A DNA stretch of 64,000 bases from a virus (IMGVR_UViG_3300022468_000772:22224-86223); one strand, 5' to 3'; positions 29,596 through 39,586 are shown, counted from the first letter of the stretch. Made by a program: numbers and translations. Notes: generated by a model not told the origin, from the sequence alone.

Positions 29596-30592
29596 AGTAA
29601 TTTTCGAAAATGTTACTGTGAATTTTAGATTCTCAGATTTTCGAAAGCTAAATGAAGGGTTTAAGAACTTTTTACCATCTGATGTAGAAAAGAAACGTGC
29701 CCATGCCGATGAAATCCATGCAATGCTTACAAAGGCATATGCTGATCAAGGTGGTATAAAAGGTACCGGTTTTGAATCACCTGAAAGTATGGTTCATAAC
29801 ATTCCTATGTGGAAAATCCATAAACAAGATGGAAAGATTCGCAGTGTGGCTATGTATAAAGATTCGGATGGTCGTAAACGTGTTGCTATTGCTACCGATG
29901 GTACTCCAGAAGGAAAGGCATCTGCAGCCAAAGTTGTTGATGCTGATTTAAGAAAGCATCGTGCCCACATGGAAGTTTCTGGTAAATCACTTTCTGTTTT
30001 AAAGAAAATGGTTCCTATCAAAGACTTTGCACGTAGTTTTGAGGATGCTGAAAAATTTCATGCTTCACGTGGCGATAAAATTGAGCGACCAACAGATGAT
30101 GATCCAGAGGCTGTTCGTCATCCAGAACTGAAGCATCTGATGTACACTCGCGAACTCGGTGGTGAGAAAAAGACCAAGATTATGCTTGGTAAGCAGGGTT
30201 TGAAGATCACCGAAGCCACTGCCGAAGACCACTTCAAGGCATCTAAGTCACGATTCAACCGTAGCCACTATTCGACAGGTGGTTGGACAGTTGTTCCTAA
30301 CACACACCCTGCAGCACAAGCTGCTGATCGTCGGCCTGAGTTTTCAACCGATGACTGGAATAAGTTGCATGACAAGTCTATCGCTGCTATCCATAAGCAT
30401 AAAGTGCCTTCAGGCTATCATGTCATGTTTAGTCGGCATATGGATCAGGGTTATGTCACTCACGTTGATCATGACTCGAAGAAGTTAAATATTGTCACAG
30501 TTTTGCCACGTGGGAAGTATCGACCAACAAAAGAAGGTGATGGTCGAGTTATTTTTGAATCTATTTCAGAAAATTTTGTTGACATAGACTAA
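29561..30592 (+). CDS. Hypothetical, candidate capsid-internal two-domain protein (true start uncertain, possibly 29618)
   Basis: FSDFRKLNE leader-like motif and internal ITE/A; basic and His-rich. Confidence 0.55.
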   Translation: MTGNLDQINLDEVIFENVTVNFRFSDFRKLNEGFKNFLPSDVEKKRAHADEIHAMLTKAYADQGGIKGTGFESPESMVHNIPMWKIHKQDGKIRSVAMYKDSDGRKRVAIATDGTPEGKASAAKVVDADLRKHRAHMEVSGKSLSVLKKMVPIKDFARSFEDAEKFHASRGDKIERPTDDDPEAVRHPELKHLMYTRELGGEKKTKIMLGKQGLKITEATAEDHFKASKSRFNRSHYSTGGWTVVPNTHPAAQAADRRPEFSTDDWNKLHDKSIAAIHKHKVPSGYHVMFSRHMDQGYVTHVDHDSKKLNIVTVLPRGKYRPTKEGDGRVIFESISENFVDID

Positions 30593-30611
30593 ACTGTGTT
30601 ATAATTCGGGT

Positions 30612-30875
30612 ATGACACAGACACATACCCAAATCCGCGAAGCTAACATTCTTTCCCTGCTGCGTAAACACGATCCAGCAGGCGTTGGCATTTTTCCAGA
30701 ATCAGAAATCAACTACATTGAGTATGCTCATGAAGCATCGCTCTTGGTTACCGTTTCTGACGAAAATTTCATCACTGCAGCATGTAAATTTCTAGAATCA
30801 ACATATGGCCGTGTGGTTGATTCTTATATGGTCAATCGTGTTACTTTAGTTGCTGCTGAACTACGAAAGATGTAA
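30612..30875 (+). CDS. Hypothetical protein
   Basis: Follows AAACTGTGTTATAAT promoter motif. Confidence 0.65.
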   Translation: MTQTHTQIREANILSLLRKHDPAGVGIFPESEINYIEYAHEASLLVTVSDENFITAACKFLESTYGRVVDSYMVNRVTLVAAELRKM

Positions 30876-30881
30876 ATCTTT

Positions 30882-31562
30882 ATGCTCAAGAAAAATAAAC
30901 TACCAACTCTAAAAATCACCAATGCTTTTGGTGATGCTGTCATCAAAGTGAAGAAAAACCGCTGGATTCAAGGTGCCAAGTGGTTTATTGCTATCGTAAT
31001 TATAGCAATTGCTTCCGCAACTTACACTGTGGGTAAATCGACGTATCAAGAATATGTTGCAAAACAAAACTATGTTGCTGAAGAAACCAAGAAAGCACTC
31101 TCTGGTGAAGATTCTATAGTCATTCAAGCTACTGCAGACATCATCAAGCGTGATGCTAAGGTGCCTACTTCTAACGAAATTGCCAAGAAATATGCAATGT
31201 GGGTCTATCAGGCTGCGTCTAAGTATTCCGTTGATCCAGTGCTGGTATTGTCCGTGATGCGTAACGAATCACAGTTTGACTACAAGGCAACTTCTCCTAC
31301 TGGCGCACGTGGTTTGATGCAAGTGATTGCGTCTTGGCATCGTGAAAAAACAAGTGAAGTGGCACTGTATGATCCTAAAAATGCTATCTTTGTAGGAACA
31401 CAAATTCTTGCGGAATATGGTGCTAGGTCTAAGACTGAAGCGGAAACGTTGCTTCGATACAACGGTTCTTTGAATCAAGCACCTGTGTATGCTACAAAGG
31501 TGCTACTGACCAAGCGTAAATATGATGATGAAATCTATAAAGCAATCATCAATGATGTATAA
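30882..31562 (+). CDS. Lytic transglycosylase (SLT domain) with N-terminal membrane anchor
   Basis: VMRNESQF...SPTGARGLMQV, YNG; hydrophobic N-terminal helix. Confidence 0.9.
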   Translation: MLKKNKLPTLKITNAFGDAVIKVKKNRWIQGAKWFIAIVIIAIASATYTVGKSTYQEYVAKQNYVAEETKKALSGEDSIVIQATADIIKRDAKVPTSNEIAKKYAMWVYQAASKYSVDPVLVLSVMRNESQFDYKATSPTGARGLMQVIASWHREKTSEVALYDPKNAIFVGTQILAEYGARSKTEAETLLRYNGSLNQAPVYATKVLLTKRKYDDEIYKAIINDV

Positions 31563-31570
31563 GGAAAATA

Positions 31571-31741
31571 ATGGCAACTGCGCACAATGACATTACTAAC
31601 GACAAGATCGCTTCTAAGGTACCTTCTCAGGATTACCTTAGTAATTTCGACTTGATTTTTCGTAAAAACAAGCCTGTTGAGGCACCAAAAGTTGAAGACG
31701 ATAAATATGTAATCGAATCTCAACAACCAACAGGAAATTAA
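31571..31741 (+). CDS. 56-aa hypothetical protein (not in ORF track)
   Basis: MATAHNDITNDKIASK...NFDLIF; AAGGA RBS. Confidence 0.65.
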   Translation: MATAHNDITNDKIASKVPSQDYLSNFDLIFRKNKPVEAPKVEDDKYVIESQQPTGN

Positions 31742-31743
31742 TA

Positions 31744-33486
31744 ATGCAAACTTTCAAGGAATTTAGAGCAGAGCGGATGAATCCGACTGAGGCTCATGTT
31801 CAAGCCAAACACTTTGACACTCAAGAATATGATGTGCTGACTGGTAAAGAAGCAACAAACGAATCAGTTTCTCCTGATCCAGAAAATGCAAAGCGCATCA
31901 TCATGCGTCACGATGGCGAAGGTGCGCCTAAAGGTGTTTCTGGCTTGAGCGTTCCACGCCACATGTGGGAAGGTTCTAAGACCATGACTGGTATGGCAGA
32001 GCGTAATAAAGCACGTGCTGAAGTATATGGCTCCGAACATCGCGAACCCCTCTCGGTTTCCGAAATGGAAGAAAGCCATAAATCTGTTTTGGATGAACAC
32101 TTTGCAAAGCCAAAAGCACTGCAAATCGCTCATGAAAAAGAAGCTATTGGTCGTCTGAAGGCTGCTAAACATTTGGATTCCGGTAGTACAACCGACGAAT
32201 CTGAAAAAACCGATACCATCCTGCATGAAAAGGATAAATCTGGTCGTGGCTACATTGCTGCAGCGTGTAAAGGTGTGGCTGGTCATGCTGTTTACACTTC
32301 TGGTGGTGGTGAGCATGCGCAGCATCGGGTGGTGAATACCTGCCCGGGTCAGACTCGTGGTTGTGGTGGTGGTGTTGATGCCCATGGCGTTGCGAACACG
32401 ACTAAGGGTACATGTTTTGCACCTAATGCCGAGGCACAGTATCCGGGCGCTTCGATCCGTCGCGCATACCTTGATCAGTCAAAACATGATCCTAAGATGA
32501 CCAAAGACTACATCTTGGCTCATACTCACTCTATCCGTATGGGTGCTGAAAAGGCTGACAAGAAAGACAAGAATTTCGTTATTCGACCAAACACTTTGAA
32601 TGAGAATGATCGTTCGACAAAGCACGTTGTGCGCCAACTGAATGCACAACGTGCTACAGAAGGTAAGTCTAAGATCATTAGCTACCAGTACAGCAAGACT
32701 AACGAATTGAACGATCCAGAAAACGGTACTCACGTTACCCACTCCAACATTGGCCCAAAGGTGATCAATGGTAAGATGGTGCGTGAAAACGTTAATCGTG
32801 ACTCACATCGCGTTAACAACACTGTGACTGCAACTAAGTCTTCTGGTGAAGATTTGCGAAACGTGCAAGGCAACAAGACCCCTGCTATGCACTCTTACTT
32901 GGTTACCAATTTACCACGTGGTGGTGCTATGGACAAAGAGTACCAGAAGCATGCAAAGACCATTAAGTATTGGGATCGTGGTACAAAGCTGTCTGAAGAC
33001 GAATTGAAGTCTAGCCCTCGTGAAGGTCACTTTGACGGTGCTGGTAAGCCTACAACCGAAGATAAGGCACACCATGGATTTAAGGTGGTTGGTGAGCGTA
33101 AGTATGAGTATCAGAATCAACACATCTTGCATCCACGGATGACCAGTGTAAACGGGCATGATATTCCTTCTGACTCACGTTTCAAAGACGACGAACATAT
33201 GCCCTCTGAGGCTACCCGTTTCAAGTCTAAAAACGGTAAGTCTGCCGGTGGTGTGGTTGTGACTTCTGCAACGACTTCTACCAGTGGTGAGCGTAGCAAT
33301 TCTTCCTTCACGCATCGTATTGATCAACACAAACTTGATAAAATCAAGCAGACTGGAGTTCATGAAATCGATGCGCCTGAAGAGCAAGAGGCAGCACGTG
33401 GTAAAGACTACAATGGTGAAGAACATGCAGTTCCATTGAGCAAAATTGGTGGTCTGAAGAAAACTCTCAAAGAGTCTGAAGAATAA
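31744..33486 (+). CDS. 580-aa candidate injected internal protein with GP88-like Cys domain
   Basis: N-terminal MQTFKEFRAE; TCPG..GC...CFA; IRPNTLNE; late motif GATAAATA upstream. Confidence 0.6.
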   Translation: MQTFKEFRAERMNPTEAHVQAKHFDTQEYDVLTGKEATNESVSPDPENAKRIIMRHDGEGAPKGVSGLSVPRHMWEGSKTMTGMAERNKARAEVYGSEHREPLSVSEMEESHKSVLDEHFAKPKALQIAHEKEAIGRLKAAKHLDSGSTTDESEKTDTILHEKDKSGRGYIAAACKGVAGHAVYTSGGGEHAQHRVVNTCPGQTRGCGGGVDAHGVANTTKGTCFAPNAEAQYPGASIRRAYLDQSKHDPKMTKDYILAHTHSIRMGAEKADKKDKNFVIRPNTLNENDRSTKHVVRQLNAQRATEGKSKIISYQYSKTNELNDPENGTHVTHSNIGPKVINGKMVRENVNRDSHRVNNTVTATKSSGEDLRNVQGNKTPAMHSYLVTNLPRGGAMDKEYQKHAKTIKYWDRGTKLSEDELKSSPREGHFDGAGKPTTEDKAHHGFKVVGERKYEYQNQHILHPRMTSVNGHDIPSDSRFKDDEHMPSEATRFKSKNGKSAGGVVVTSATTSTSGERSNSSFTHRIDQHKLDKIKQTGVHEIDAPEEQEAARGKDYNGEEHAVPLSKIGGLKKTLKESEE

Positions 33487-33506
33487 ATTATTTTCAAAAA
33501 TAATTC

Positions 33507-33531
33507 AAAAAGGCCCCTAGGGGCCTTTTTT
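33507..33531 (+). terminator. Intrinsic terminator
   Basis: AAAAAGGCCCC-TA-GGGGCCTTTTTT. Confidence 0.85.
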
Positions 33532-33575
33532 ATTGTATAATTCATCCATCGAAACAAAACTTCAAAAGGTACGAT

Positions 33576-34085
33576 ATGAAACAAGTAATTAACAAATCCA
33601 TCGCTCAAATCTTCTCTGCTGTGAACGGCAACACCATCATCAGCATGGACACTGAAACAGTTCCTGTTCTGAAGGGTGGCAAGAGCAATCCTCTGCAAGG
33701 TCGCGTTACCAAAGTCATGCGCGGTGCGTCGGTGATGGTTTTCCAGAACAAGAACAGCAACGGCTACGAAAACATGGTTCGTCGTCGCCTTGAAAAAGAA
33801 GGTAAAGATGTAGATTTCCAAGTTGGCCCTCGTGCATGGGGTACTCGTGTCGAAGGTACTCCTATCGTTGAACACAAGGGCAAGACCTACCTCGAAGTCA
33901 TCTTCCTCCGCGCTGGTGAAGTCGAATATCGACTGGATGGTAAAGCAATTGATGCTGAACTGGTTGGTGAACAAACTTCCAGCAACGGTCAACAAGCAGG
34001 TCTGGATAACAAAGTTGTTATTCGCACTTTTGCTGAAGACTCCATCAAGCGACTCAAAGTTGGTGGCATCACCTTCGAAGCATAA
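33576..34085 (+). CDS. Hypothetical early protein
   Basis: Repeat promoter-leader upstream, terminator downstream. Confidence 0.75.
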   Translation: MKQVINKSIAQIFSAVNGNTIISMDTETVPVLKGGKSNPLQGRVTKVMRGASVMVFQNKNSNGYENMVRRRLEKEGKDVDFQVGPRAWGTRVEGTPIVEHKGKTYLEVIFLRAGEVEYRLDGKAIDAELVGEQTSSNGQQAGLDNKVVIRTFAEDSIKRLKVGGITFEA

Positions 34086-34086
34086 G

Positions 34087-34110
34087 AAAAGACCCTTCTG
34101 GGTCTTTTTT
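34087..34110 (+). terminator. Intrinsic terminator
   Basis: AAAAGACCC-TTCT-GGGTCTTTTTT. Confidence 0.8.
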
Positions 34111-34158
34111 GTTGACAATATAAAAATCTTGGTGTATATTACCGAAAAAGGATTTATT

Positions 34159-34524
34159 ATGAAACTACTTACAAAACTGCGTCTGAAGACGATCTTTACA
34201 ACTATCATGTTTGCTTTTGTACTGGCAAACTGCGCTCCAAAGCCTGCACATGCTCAATTGACTGATGGGCAGTCTGCAGTGCTTGGTGGCATCATTGGAT
34301 ATGCTCTTGGCAAGGATAAACGTGAAATTCAATACGTTCCTGTCTATCCTACATACGTTCCGCAGGCTCCAGTCTTTATCCACCCTTCTCAGGTACAGGG
34401 ATACAACTCAACCGACCATGGATACTGCGCACCCTACTTGAATGAAGCGTATTATCAGTGCCTTGGTAACCTGCAGCGCCAACGAAATGAGGCTGCTTAC
34501 CAGCGAGGATTGCGCGGTTATTGA
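34159..34524 (+). CDS. Secreted/membrane protein with glycine-zipper-like segment
   Basis: Signal-like hydrophobic stretch, AVLGGIIGYALG. Confidence 0.6.
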   Translation: MKLLTKLRLKTIFTTIMFAFVLANCAPKPAHAQLTDGQSAVLGGIIGYALGKDKREIQYVPVYPTYVPQAPVFIHPSQVQGYNSTDHGYCAPYLNEAYYQCLGNLQRQRNEAAYQRGLRGY

Positions 34525-34598
34525 CGAACTAACAAACGTAGGTTATGATTTCAATAGAACTAAGTTCGAAAACGGTTTTTATTTTATAAAGGATTAAA

Positions 34599-35534
34599 AT
34601 GGTAAAAGTGAGTGGAAAGAATGGTATTACCGTAACAGTCATTGCAGACTCGGTAAATATCTTAGGCAATCGAATGACAACTTTGGAATTGGAATATCCA
34701 CGGTTTATCCATTCTGAGGTTATGACACATCGCATGTTGTCGAAAAATGCAGCCAGTTCTCGCGCTATCCCCATTAAAACCACAATTGAGCATGTAAAAA
34801 AATTTCCTGCTACACCTGTGCATTGGGGTAAAAATCAAGCCGGTATGCAGGCAAAGGAAGAGTTAGATGCTCCATCGATTGCTCGTGTGGAACATCTTTG
34901 GCATTCAGCTAAAGAGTCTGCTATTCATTACCTTGAAGAGTTGCAAAGTGCCGGATTGCATAAGCAAATTGCGTCAAGAATTATTGAGCCATGGTTTATG
35001 ATGAAGACCGTAATTTCCGGTACTGAATGGAACAACTTGATCTGGTTGCGTGACCATGAAGATGCACAACCTGAATTTGCTGAACTAGCTAAGTGTATTG
35101 TTGATGCAGTAAACAAGTCTACACCGATTCTCTTGCATGCCGGTGAATGGCATCTACCTTATGTCACAACTGCTTTTTCTATCAGTGAAGATGGTCTAGA
35201 CGAAAATATTGTTTACCTCGATACCGATGGTAATAAAATCGACTTGGATACTGCACGTAAGGTTTCCGCATCATGCTGCGCACAGGTATCTTACCGTAAG
35301 CTGGATGACAGTGTAGAAAAGGCTATTGATATTTTCAACAAGCTGTTTAGCGGTAGTCGAGTACATGCATCTCCTGTTGAGCATCAAGCCACTCCGATGA
35401 TTGAAGAGCAGGGTGATCCCTTGGATTGGGAAGCAGGCGTTACTCACGTGGATCGCAACGGTAAATACTGGTCTGGTAATCTTTGTGGATGGATTCAGTA
35501 CCGTAAGTTGATTGCTAATGAGGCAGTTTGGTAA
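34599..35534 (+). CDS. thyX: Flavin-dependent thymidylate synthase
   Basis: PRFIHSEVMTHRMLSKNAASSRAIP, LRDHEDAQPE, HASPVEHQATP. Confidence 0.88.
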   Translation: MVKVSGKNGITVTVIADSVNILGNRMTTLELEYPRFIHSEVMTHRMLSKNAASSRAIPIKTTIEHVKKFPATPVHWGKNQAGMQAKEELDAPSIARVEHLWHSAKESAIHYLEELQSAGLHKQIASRIIEPWFMMKTVISGTEWNNLIWLRDHEDAQPEFAELAKCIVDAVNKSTPILLHAGEWHLPYVTTAFSISEDGLDENIVYLDTDGNKIDLDTARKVSASCCAQVSYRKLDDSVEKAIDIFNKLFSGSRVHASPVEHQATPMIEEQGDPLDWEAGVTHVDRNGKYWSGNLCGWIQYRKLIANEAVW

Positions 35535-35731
35535 TGTTTCATTGGTTATCACACTTAACAGGACAAAATCTTGGTAAGGTGGTAACTTACCGAGAAAACG
35601 GCTACATTTATGTGGGCTTTGAATGTAGCAAGTGTAAGAAAATAGACCCGAAAACCCTTGAAAAAATTGAAGAAAGTGAAATTATACATGACAACACAAG
35701 ACCTGACCCAGACTACGACGACTCAGATTGA
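35534..35731 (+). CDS. Hypothetical protein with CxxC
   Basis: Coupled to thyX stop. Confidence 0.55.
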   Translation: MFHWLSHLTGQNLGKVVTYRENGYIYVGFECSKCKKIDPKTLEKIEESEIIHDNTRPDPDYDDSD

Positions 35732-36029
35732 CTCAGATGTGATGCTTATCGGCCTCCCTTCCGGTGAAAAAGTGGTCGCTGATGTGACCTTTGATGGTGG
35801 CTCACTGATCCTACGGAATGTGCTTGAAATTCTGACCATGGCGGATGGCGCGGGTAACTACAAGTTCAGTCTTGCACCGTTTATGGTTTATGCTGATCCT
35901 GAAGCTGGTATTTCTGTGCCGGTGACTCAAGTGCTGATGTCGATTCCGGGCGGCGAGTTGCGCGAAGCCCATAAGCGTCAATTCAGCAAAATCATTCTGC
36001 CTGAATCCAACTTGGTTCTTTCTAGCTAA
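35688..36029 (+). CDS. Hypothetical protein
   Basis: Phage-like codon usage, operon context. Confidence 0.6.
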   Translation: MTTQDLTQTTTTQIDSDVMLIGLPSGEKVVADVTFDGGSLILRNVLEILTMADGAGNYKFSLAPFMVYADPEAGISVPVTQVLMSIPGGELREAHKRQFSKIILPESNLVLSS

Positions 36030-36034
36030 TCCAG

Positions 36035-36319
36035 ATGCCAACATACGATTATCACTGTAAAGCCTGTAGCAGCACGTTTGAGGCTGTTAAAAAAATTGCA
36101 GACAGGGACAATACTACTGATCTAGTTTGTCCAGAATGCGCTGGACACGGTTCTATTGAGCGGCAGGTAGGTGCGCCTATGTTTGCCTACACAGTCGTCA
36201 CCAAGGGCGGTTATGGCTCGAATTTGGGCGGTTTTAAAGATGTGTTGGCTAAGGTTCACTCAAGAACTGTAGGTTCAAACCTCGACAAACTAAGTAGCTA
36301 CGAAGTTGGGAAGTATTAA
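36035..36319 (+). CDS. FmdB-like zinc-ribbon protein
   Basis: MPTYDYHCKAC...CPEC. Confidence 0.8.
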   Translation: MPTYDYHCKACSSTFEAVKKIADRDNTTDLVCPECAGHGSIERQVGAPMFAYTVVTKGGYGSNLGGFKDVLAKVHSRTVGSNLDKLSSYEVGKY

Positions 36320-36391
36320 CTGCTTCCATTAAATCGATTTGAGGGCGCGTGAGTACCCTCAAATTTTGATTAACAACTATGGAGTTTTAAC

Positions 36392-37216
36392 TTGGCACGA
36401 TCTGCTACTAAAAAATCTACACTCACTTCCGCACCACCTGCTTTGCAACGTCAAGCCAAACGGCTCACACGACAGCAGAAACGCCTTGAACAGGAACTTA
36501 TGGCGGCAGCGCCATTGACCACTACAAGTGCAACAACTAGAAGTCGCGGCATTACTTTAAAAGACCTGAAAGTGATTGAACCAATCACTGAAACTCAGGA
36601 AGATTTTTTTGATAATTATGTTGACAATGATGCAATCGTACTGGCTGGTTCCGCAGGTACTGGAAAATCTTACATTGCCATTTATCAGGCATTGCTCGAT
36701 GTTCTGGAACCAGAATCACAGTATCATAAAATCGCTATCATTCGTTCGACAGCGCAGGTTCGGGATATGGGTTTCTTGCCCGGCACTGATGAAGAAAAAA
36801 TTGCTCCCTTCGAGGAACCATACAAAGAAATTTGTGCCAATCTTTTGAAGCGCAAAGACGCATACGACAAGCTGAAAGATATGGGTAAAATTGAGTTTGC
36901 ATCCACTTCCTTTTTGCGCGGCATGACCTTCGATAATACGATTGTTATCTTTGATGAATGCCAGAATGAAACCTTTGCTGCTATAAATACAGTAGCAACC
37001 CGCATTGGTAAAAACTCTAAGTTGCTCATGATTGGTGATGGTGCGCAAACCGATATCTCTAAGAACAAATCAGACATGTCTGGTTTTGCCGATTTTATGA
37101 GAGTGGCGCGTACTATCCCTGACTTCCGTATTCACACATTTACTAGCAACGACATTGTTCGCAGCGGTTTTGTAAAACAGTGGATCATAGCTTGCGAAAA
37201 ATTAGGCTTACTGTAA
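36392..37216 (+). CDS. phoH: PhoH-like ATPase
   Basis: GSAGTGKS, MGFLPG, FLRGMTF, DECQN, GDGAQTD, DIVRS. Confidence 0.93.
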   Translation: MARSATKKSTLTSAPPALQRQAKRLTRQQKRLEQELMAAAPLTTTSATTRSRGITLKDLKVIEPITETQEDFFDNYVDNDAIVLAGSAGTGKSYIAIYQALLDVLEPESQYHKIAIIRSTAQVRDMGFLPGTDEEKIAPFEEPYKEICANLLKRKDAYDKLKDMGKIEFASTSFLRGMTFDNTIVIFDECQNETFAAINTVATRIGKNSKLLMIGDGAQTDISKNKSDMSGFADFMRVARTIPDFRIHTFTSNDIVRSGFVKQWIIACEKLGLL

Positions 37217-37222
37217 AATAAA

Positions 37223-37242
37223 AAGGGGCTTCGGCCCCTTGT
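37223..37242 (+). terminator. Terminator hairpin
   Basis: AAGGGGC-TTCG-GCCCCTT. Confidence 0.75.
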
Positions 37243-37264
37243 TAACTTTTAGGATAAAACAAAT

Positions 37265-38797
37265 ATGGTTTCATGCACACACTGTAATTCTACTGATGTA
37301 AAATATAAACGTGATCGCGTTAACTCTGATGGGTCTATATCTAATCGGTACGTTTGTGGCTCTTGCGACAAGTGGTTTTCTGTGAGATGCGACAAGGCCG
37401 AGCCTAGTGAAGGTGACTTATCCGCACTGACTTCATCCACCAAATTTGTTATTACTTCATGCCAGAATAACACTCCGGTTCATGAAGAGTTTTTGTATGC
37501 TCTGGAAAACTATTGCAATTACCACAAAGCACAGTTGCTCATTGTTCCTATCAACTATCGTGCTAACGATTTTGACGAACTGACATACGAAATACCAGTA
37601 GATATTCGACACACTCTGGTAACGACGAAACTGCAGATTCACCCTGAAGTGTTTGTCATGGGTAAGTTCAACTTTATCCCCACGACAGTAAACCCTTTGG
37701 CTGGTCTGGAATCACTTTCACGTGGTGATACGTTGATTGTACCTTCTCCACAATTGCGCATGAAAGCCAGTGCTGTAAGTGCTTCTAGACACCCTGCTAT
37801 CTTGCATACGACTGGTGCGATTAGTCATCCACAATACGCAAATAACAAGGTCGGTGAAAAAGCATTGTTTAATCATTCTTACTCTGCCGTTCTGGTTGAT
37901 ATCGATAGCGACAATGATTTTCATATTCGAGTTCTTTCCTGTGATCAAGAAAACCGTTTCCGTGATCTTGGTGAAGTCTGGTCTGCAAACAGCATCCATG
38001 GCCCAGACGGTTTCGATGCGCCTACTGCTTTGGTGACAGGCGACGAACATGCTATTTTTGCCTCACCAAGTGTTAAAGAAGCCACTTATACCAATTCTGA
38101 TTCTATTGTTCGTGTTTTGAAACCGACATTTGTAGTTCGTCATGATGTGCTGGATATGTACTCAGGTAGCCACCATCATAAGGGTGATGCTATTAAAACA
38201 GTAGCTAAACATACCTTTGGTATGGATAAAGTTGAAGATGAATTAGAAAAAACTGTCGAATATATCAAAGAAACCACTATTGGTGATTATTTCAATATTA
38301 TTGTTCCATCTAATCATAGTGATCATTTGACAAAGTGGTTATCCACTGTTGATATCAAACAAGAGCCATGGAATGCTTTGTTCTATCACAAAATGATGTA
38401 TAATATCCTTAGCACTTTGAAACAAACCGAAAGTGGTGTTTCTTATGCTGATCCGTTTAAGTTATACTGTGAGTCTGTTGGCGCACCTAATACACGCTTC
38501 TTAGCCCATGGTGAATCTTTTAGTGTTGCTGGTGTTGAGTTGGGTTCCCATGGTCATGAAGGTAAGAATGGCGCACGTGGATCGATTAACCAGTATGCAG
38601 ACCTATCACAGCGATATGTGATTGGGCATAGCCATACGCCGGGAATTATCTACGGGGCTTACCAAGTCGGCACTTCCAGCAATCTCAAGCTGGAATATTC
38701 TCGCGGCCCATCAAGCTGGATCGCTTGCCATTGCGTTGTATATAGCAATGGCAAGCGCCAGTTAATTAATGTCATCAATGGTAAATGGAGAGCCTAA
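37265..38797 (+). CDS. Metallophosphoesterase-fold nuclease, T5 A1-like, with N-terminal Zn ribbon
   Basis: FVITSCQNNT, GDEH, HDVLD, SNH, HGH, GHSH, GPSSW, NGKRQLI. Confidence 0.65.
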   Translation: MVSCTHCNSTDVKYKRDRVNSDGSISNRYVCGSCDKWFSVRCDKAEPSEGDLSALTSSTKFVITSCQNNTPVHEEFLYALENYCNYHKAQLLIVPINYRANDFDELTYEIPVDIRHTLVTTKLQIHPEVFVMGKFNFIPTTVNPLAGLESLSRGDTLIVPSPQLRMKASAVSASRHPAILHTTGAISHPQYANNKVGEKALFNHSYSAVLVDIDSDNDFHIRVLSCDQENRFRDLGEVWSANSIHGPDGFDAPTALVTGDEHAIFASPSVKEATYTNSDSIVRVLKPTFVVRHDVLDMYSGSHHHKGDAIKTVAKHTFGMDKVEDELEKTVEYIKETTIGDYFNIIVPSNHSDHLTKWLSTVDIKQEPWNALFYHKMMYNILSTLKQTESGVSYADPFKLYCESVGAPNTRFLAHGESFSVAGVELGSHGHEGKNGARGSINQYADLSQRYVIGHSHTPGIIYGAYQVGTSSNLKLEYSRGPSSWIACHCVVYSNGKRQLINVINGKWRA

Positions 38798-39586
38798 ACT
38801 TTCAAAATCTTCTAGACTATATGCTTTAAAACCTTTATGTGATTTAGTTCTTCCATGGATTACATCACAAACAGATGAATACTTTAAATCGTTATCTCTA
38901 CAAAACTGCGCAAGACCTCTTATTGTTTCTTGTTTTCCGCAAGGATGAATAATAACGTAAGATTTTTTACGGTTTTCTGTTCTTTTAGCGACATGATCTT
39001 GAGATTGTTTTCTACCTTTTCCTGCATCACTCATTTTTTGTTTTGCTTCATCGGATGGTTTTCTATTTCTATTTTTTAAATTTGGTTTACCCTTTCTCAT
39101 TTTAGATTGGGCTTCGCAAAATTCCTTTGACATCTTTGCACCTTTTCTATTTGAGACTCTACCTTTTAGCTTTTTGGAAATAGCTGCTCTATGCTCTTCT
39201 GTGATCGTTTTGCCACTATGTATTTTTGAAAGTTTGTCCTTTGTTTCCTGACTACGCTGTAAACCCTTTTGTGACATTCCAAAAAACCCGTTCACACTTG
39301 CATTTGACATGTTTATGTAAAGGGGAGATTTTACAACGTTCAGTGACTTTTGAACTCTGAATTCTGCTTCAATAGCCTCTTTTCTACTTTCATATGTTTT
39401 TATAATTTGGGTCTTGAATAGATGCTTGTTATTTTTTAGTTCTGATAGCCATATCTCTTTGTACTTTTTCGACACAACAGTTCCATGATATCCATCCTTG
39501 ATTCGACTCACTGACGAAGAACCGATATAAAACATAGGCATTTTATTACCCATGTATGTTGTCAAATAGATTGCATATGTTTTCAT
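38762..39586 (-). CDS. Free-standing GIY-YIG homing endonuclease (Seg-like) with NUMOD3-like repeats
   Basis: AIYLTT...FYIGSS, SRKEAIEAE, ETKDKLS/EEHRAAIS/EAKQKMS repeats; AT-rich. Confidence 0.85.
   Translation of the reverse strand: MKTYAIYLTTYMGNKMPMFYIGSSSVSRIKDGYHGTVVSKKYKEIWLSELKNNKHLFKTQIIKTYESRKEAIEAEFRVQKSLNVVKSPLYINMSNASVNGFFGMSQKGLQRSQETKDKLSKIHSGKTITEEHRAAISKKLKGRVSNRKGAKMSKEFCEAQSKMRKGKPNLKNRNRKPSDEAKQKMSDAGKGRKQSQDHVAKRTENRKKSYVIIHPCGKQETIRGLAQFCRDNDLKYSSVCDVIHGRTKSHKGFKAYSLEDFESLGSPFTIDDIN

Noticed and set aside
31864-32385. Long antisense ORFs (also 10881-11534, 33408-34208, 51223-52005, 5373-5942, 27814-28362)
   Set aside because: They shadow well-supported genes on the other strand, have no RBS or motifs, and are an expected by-product of codon bias
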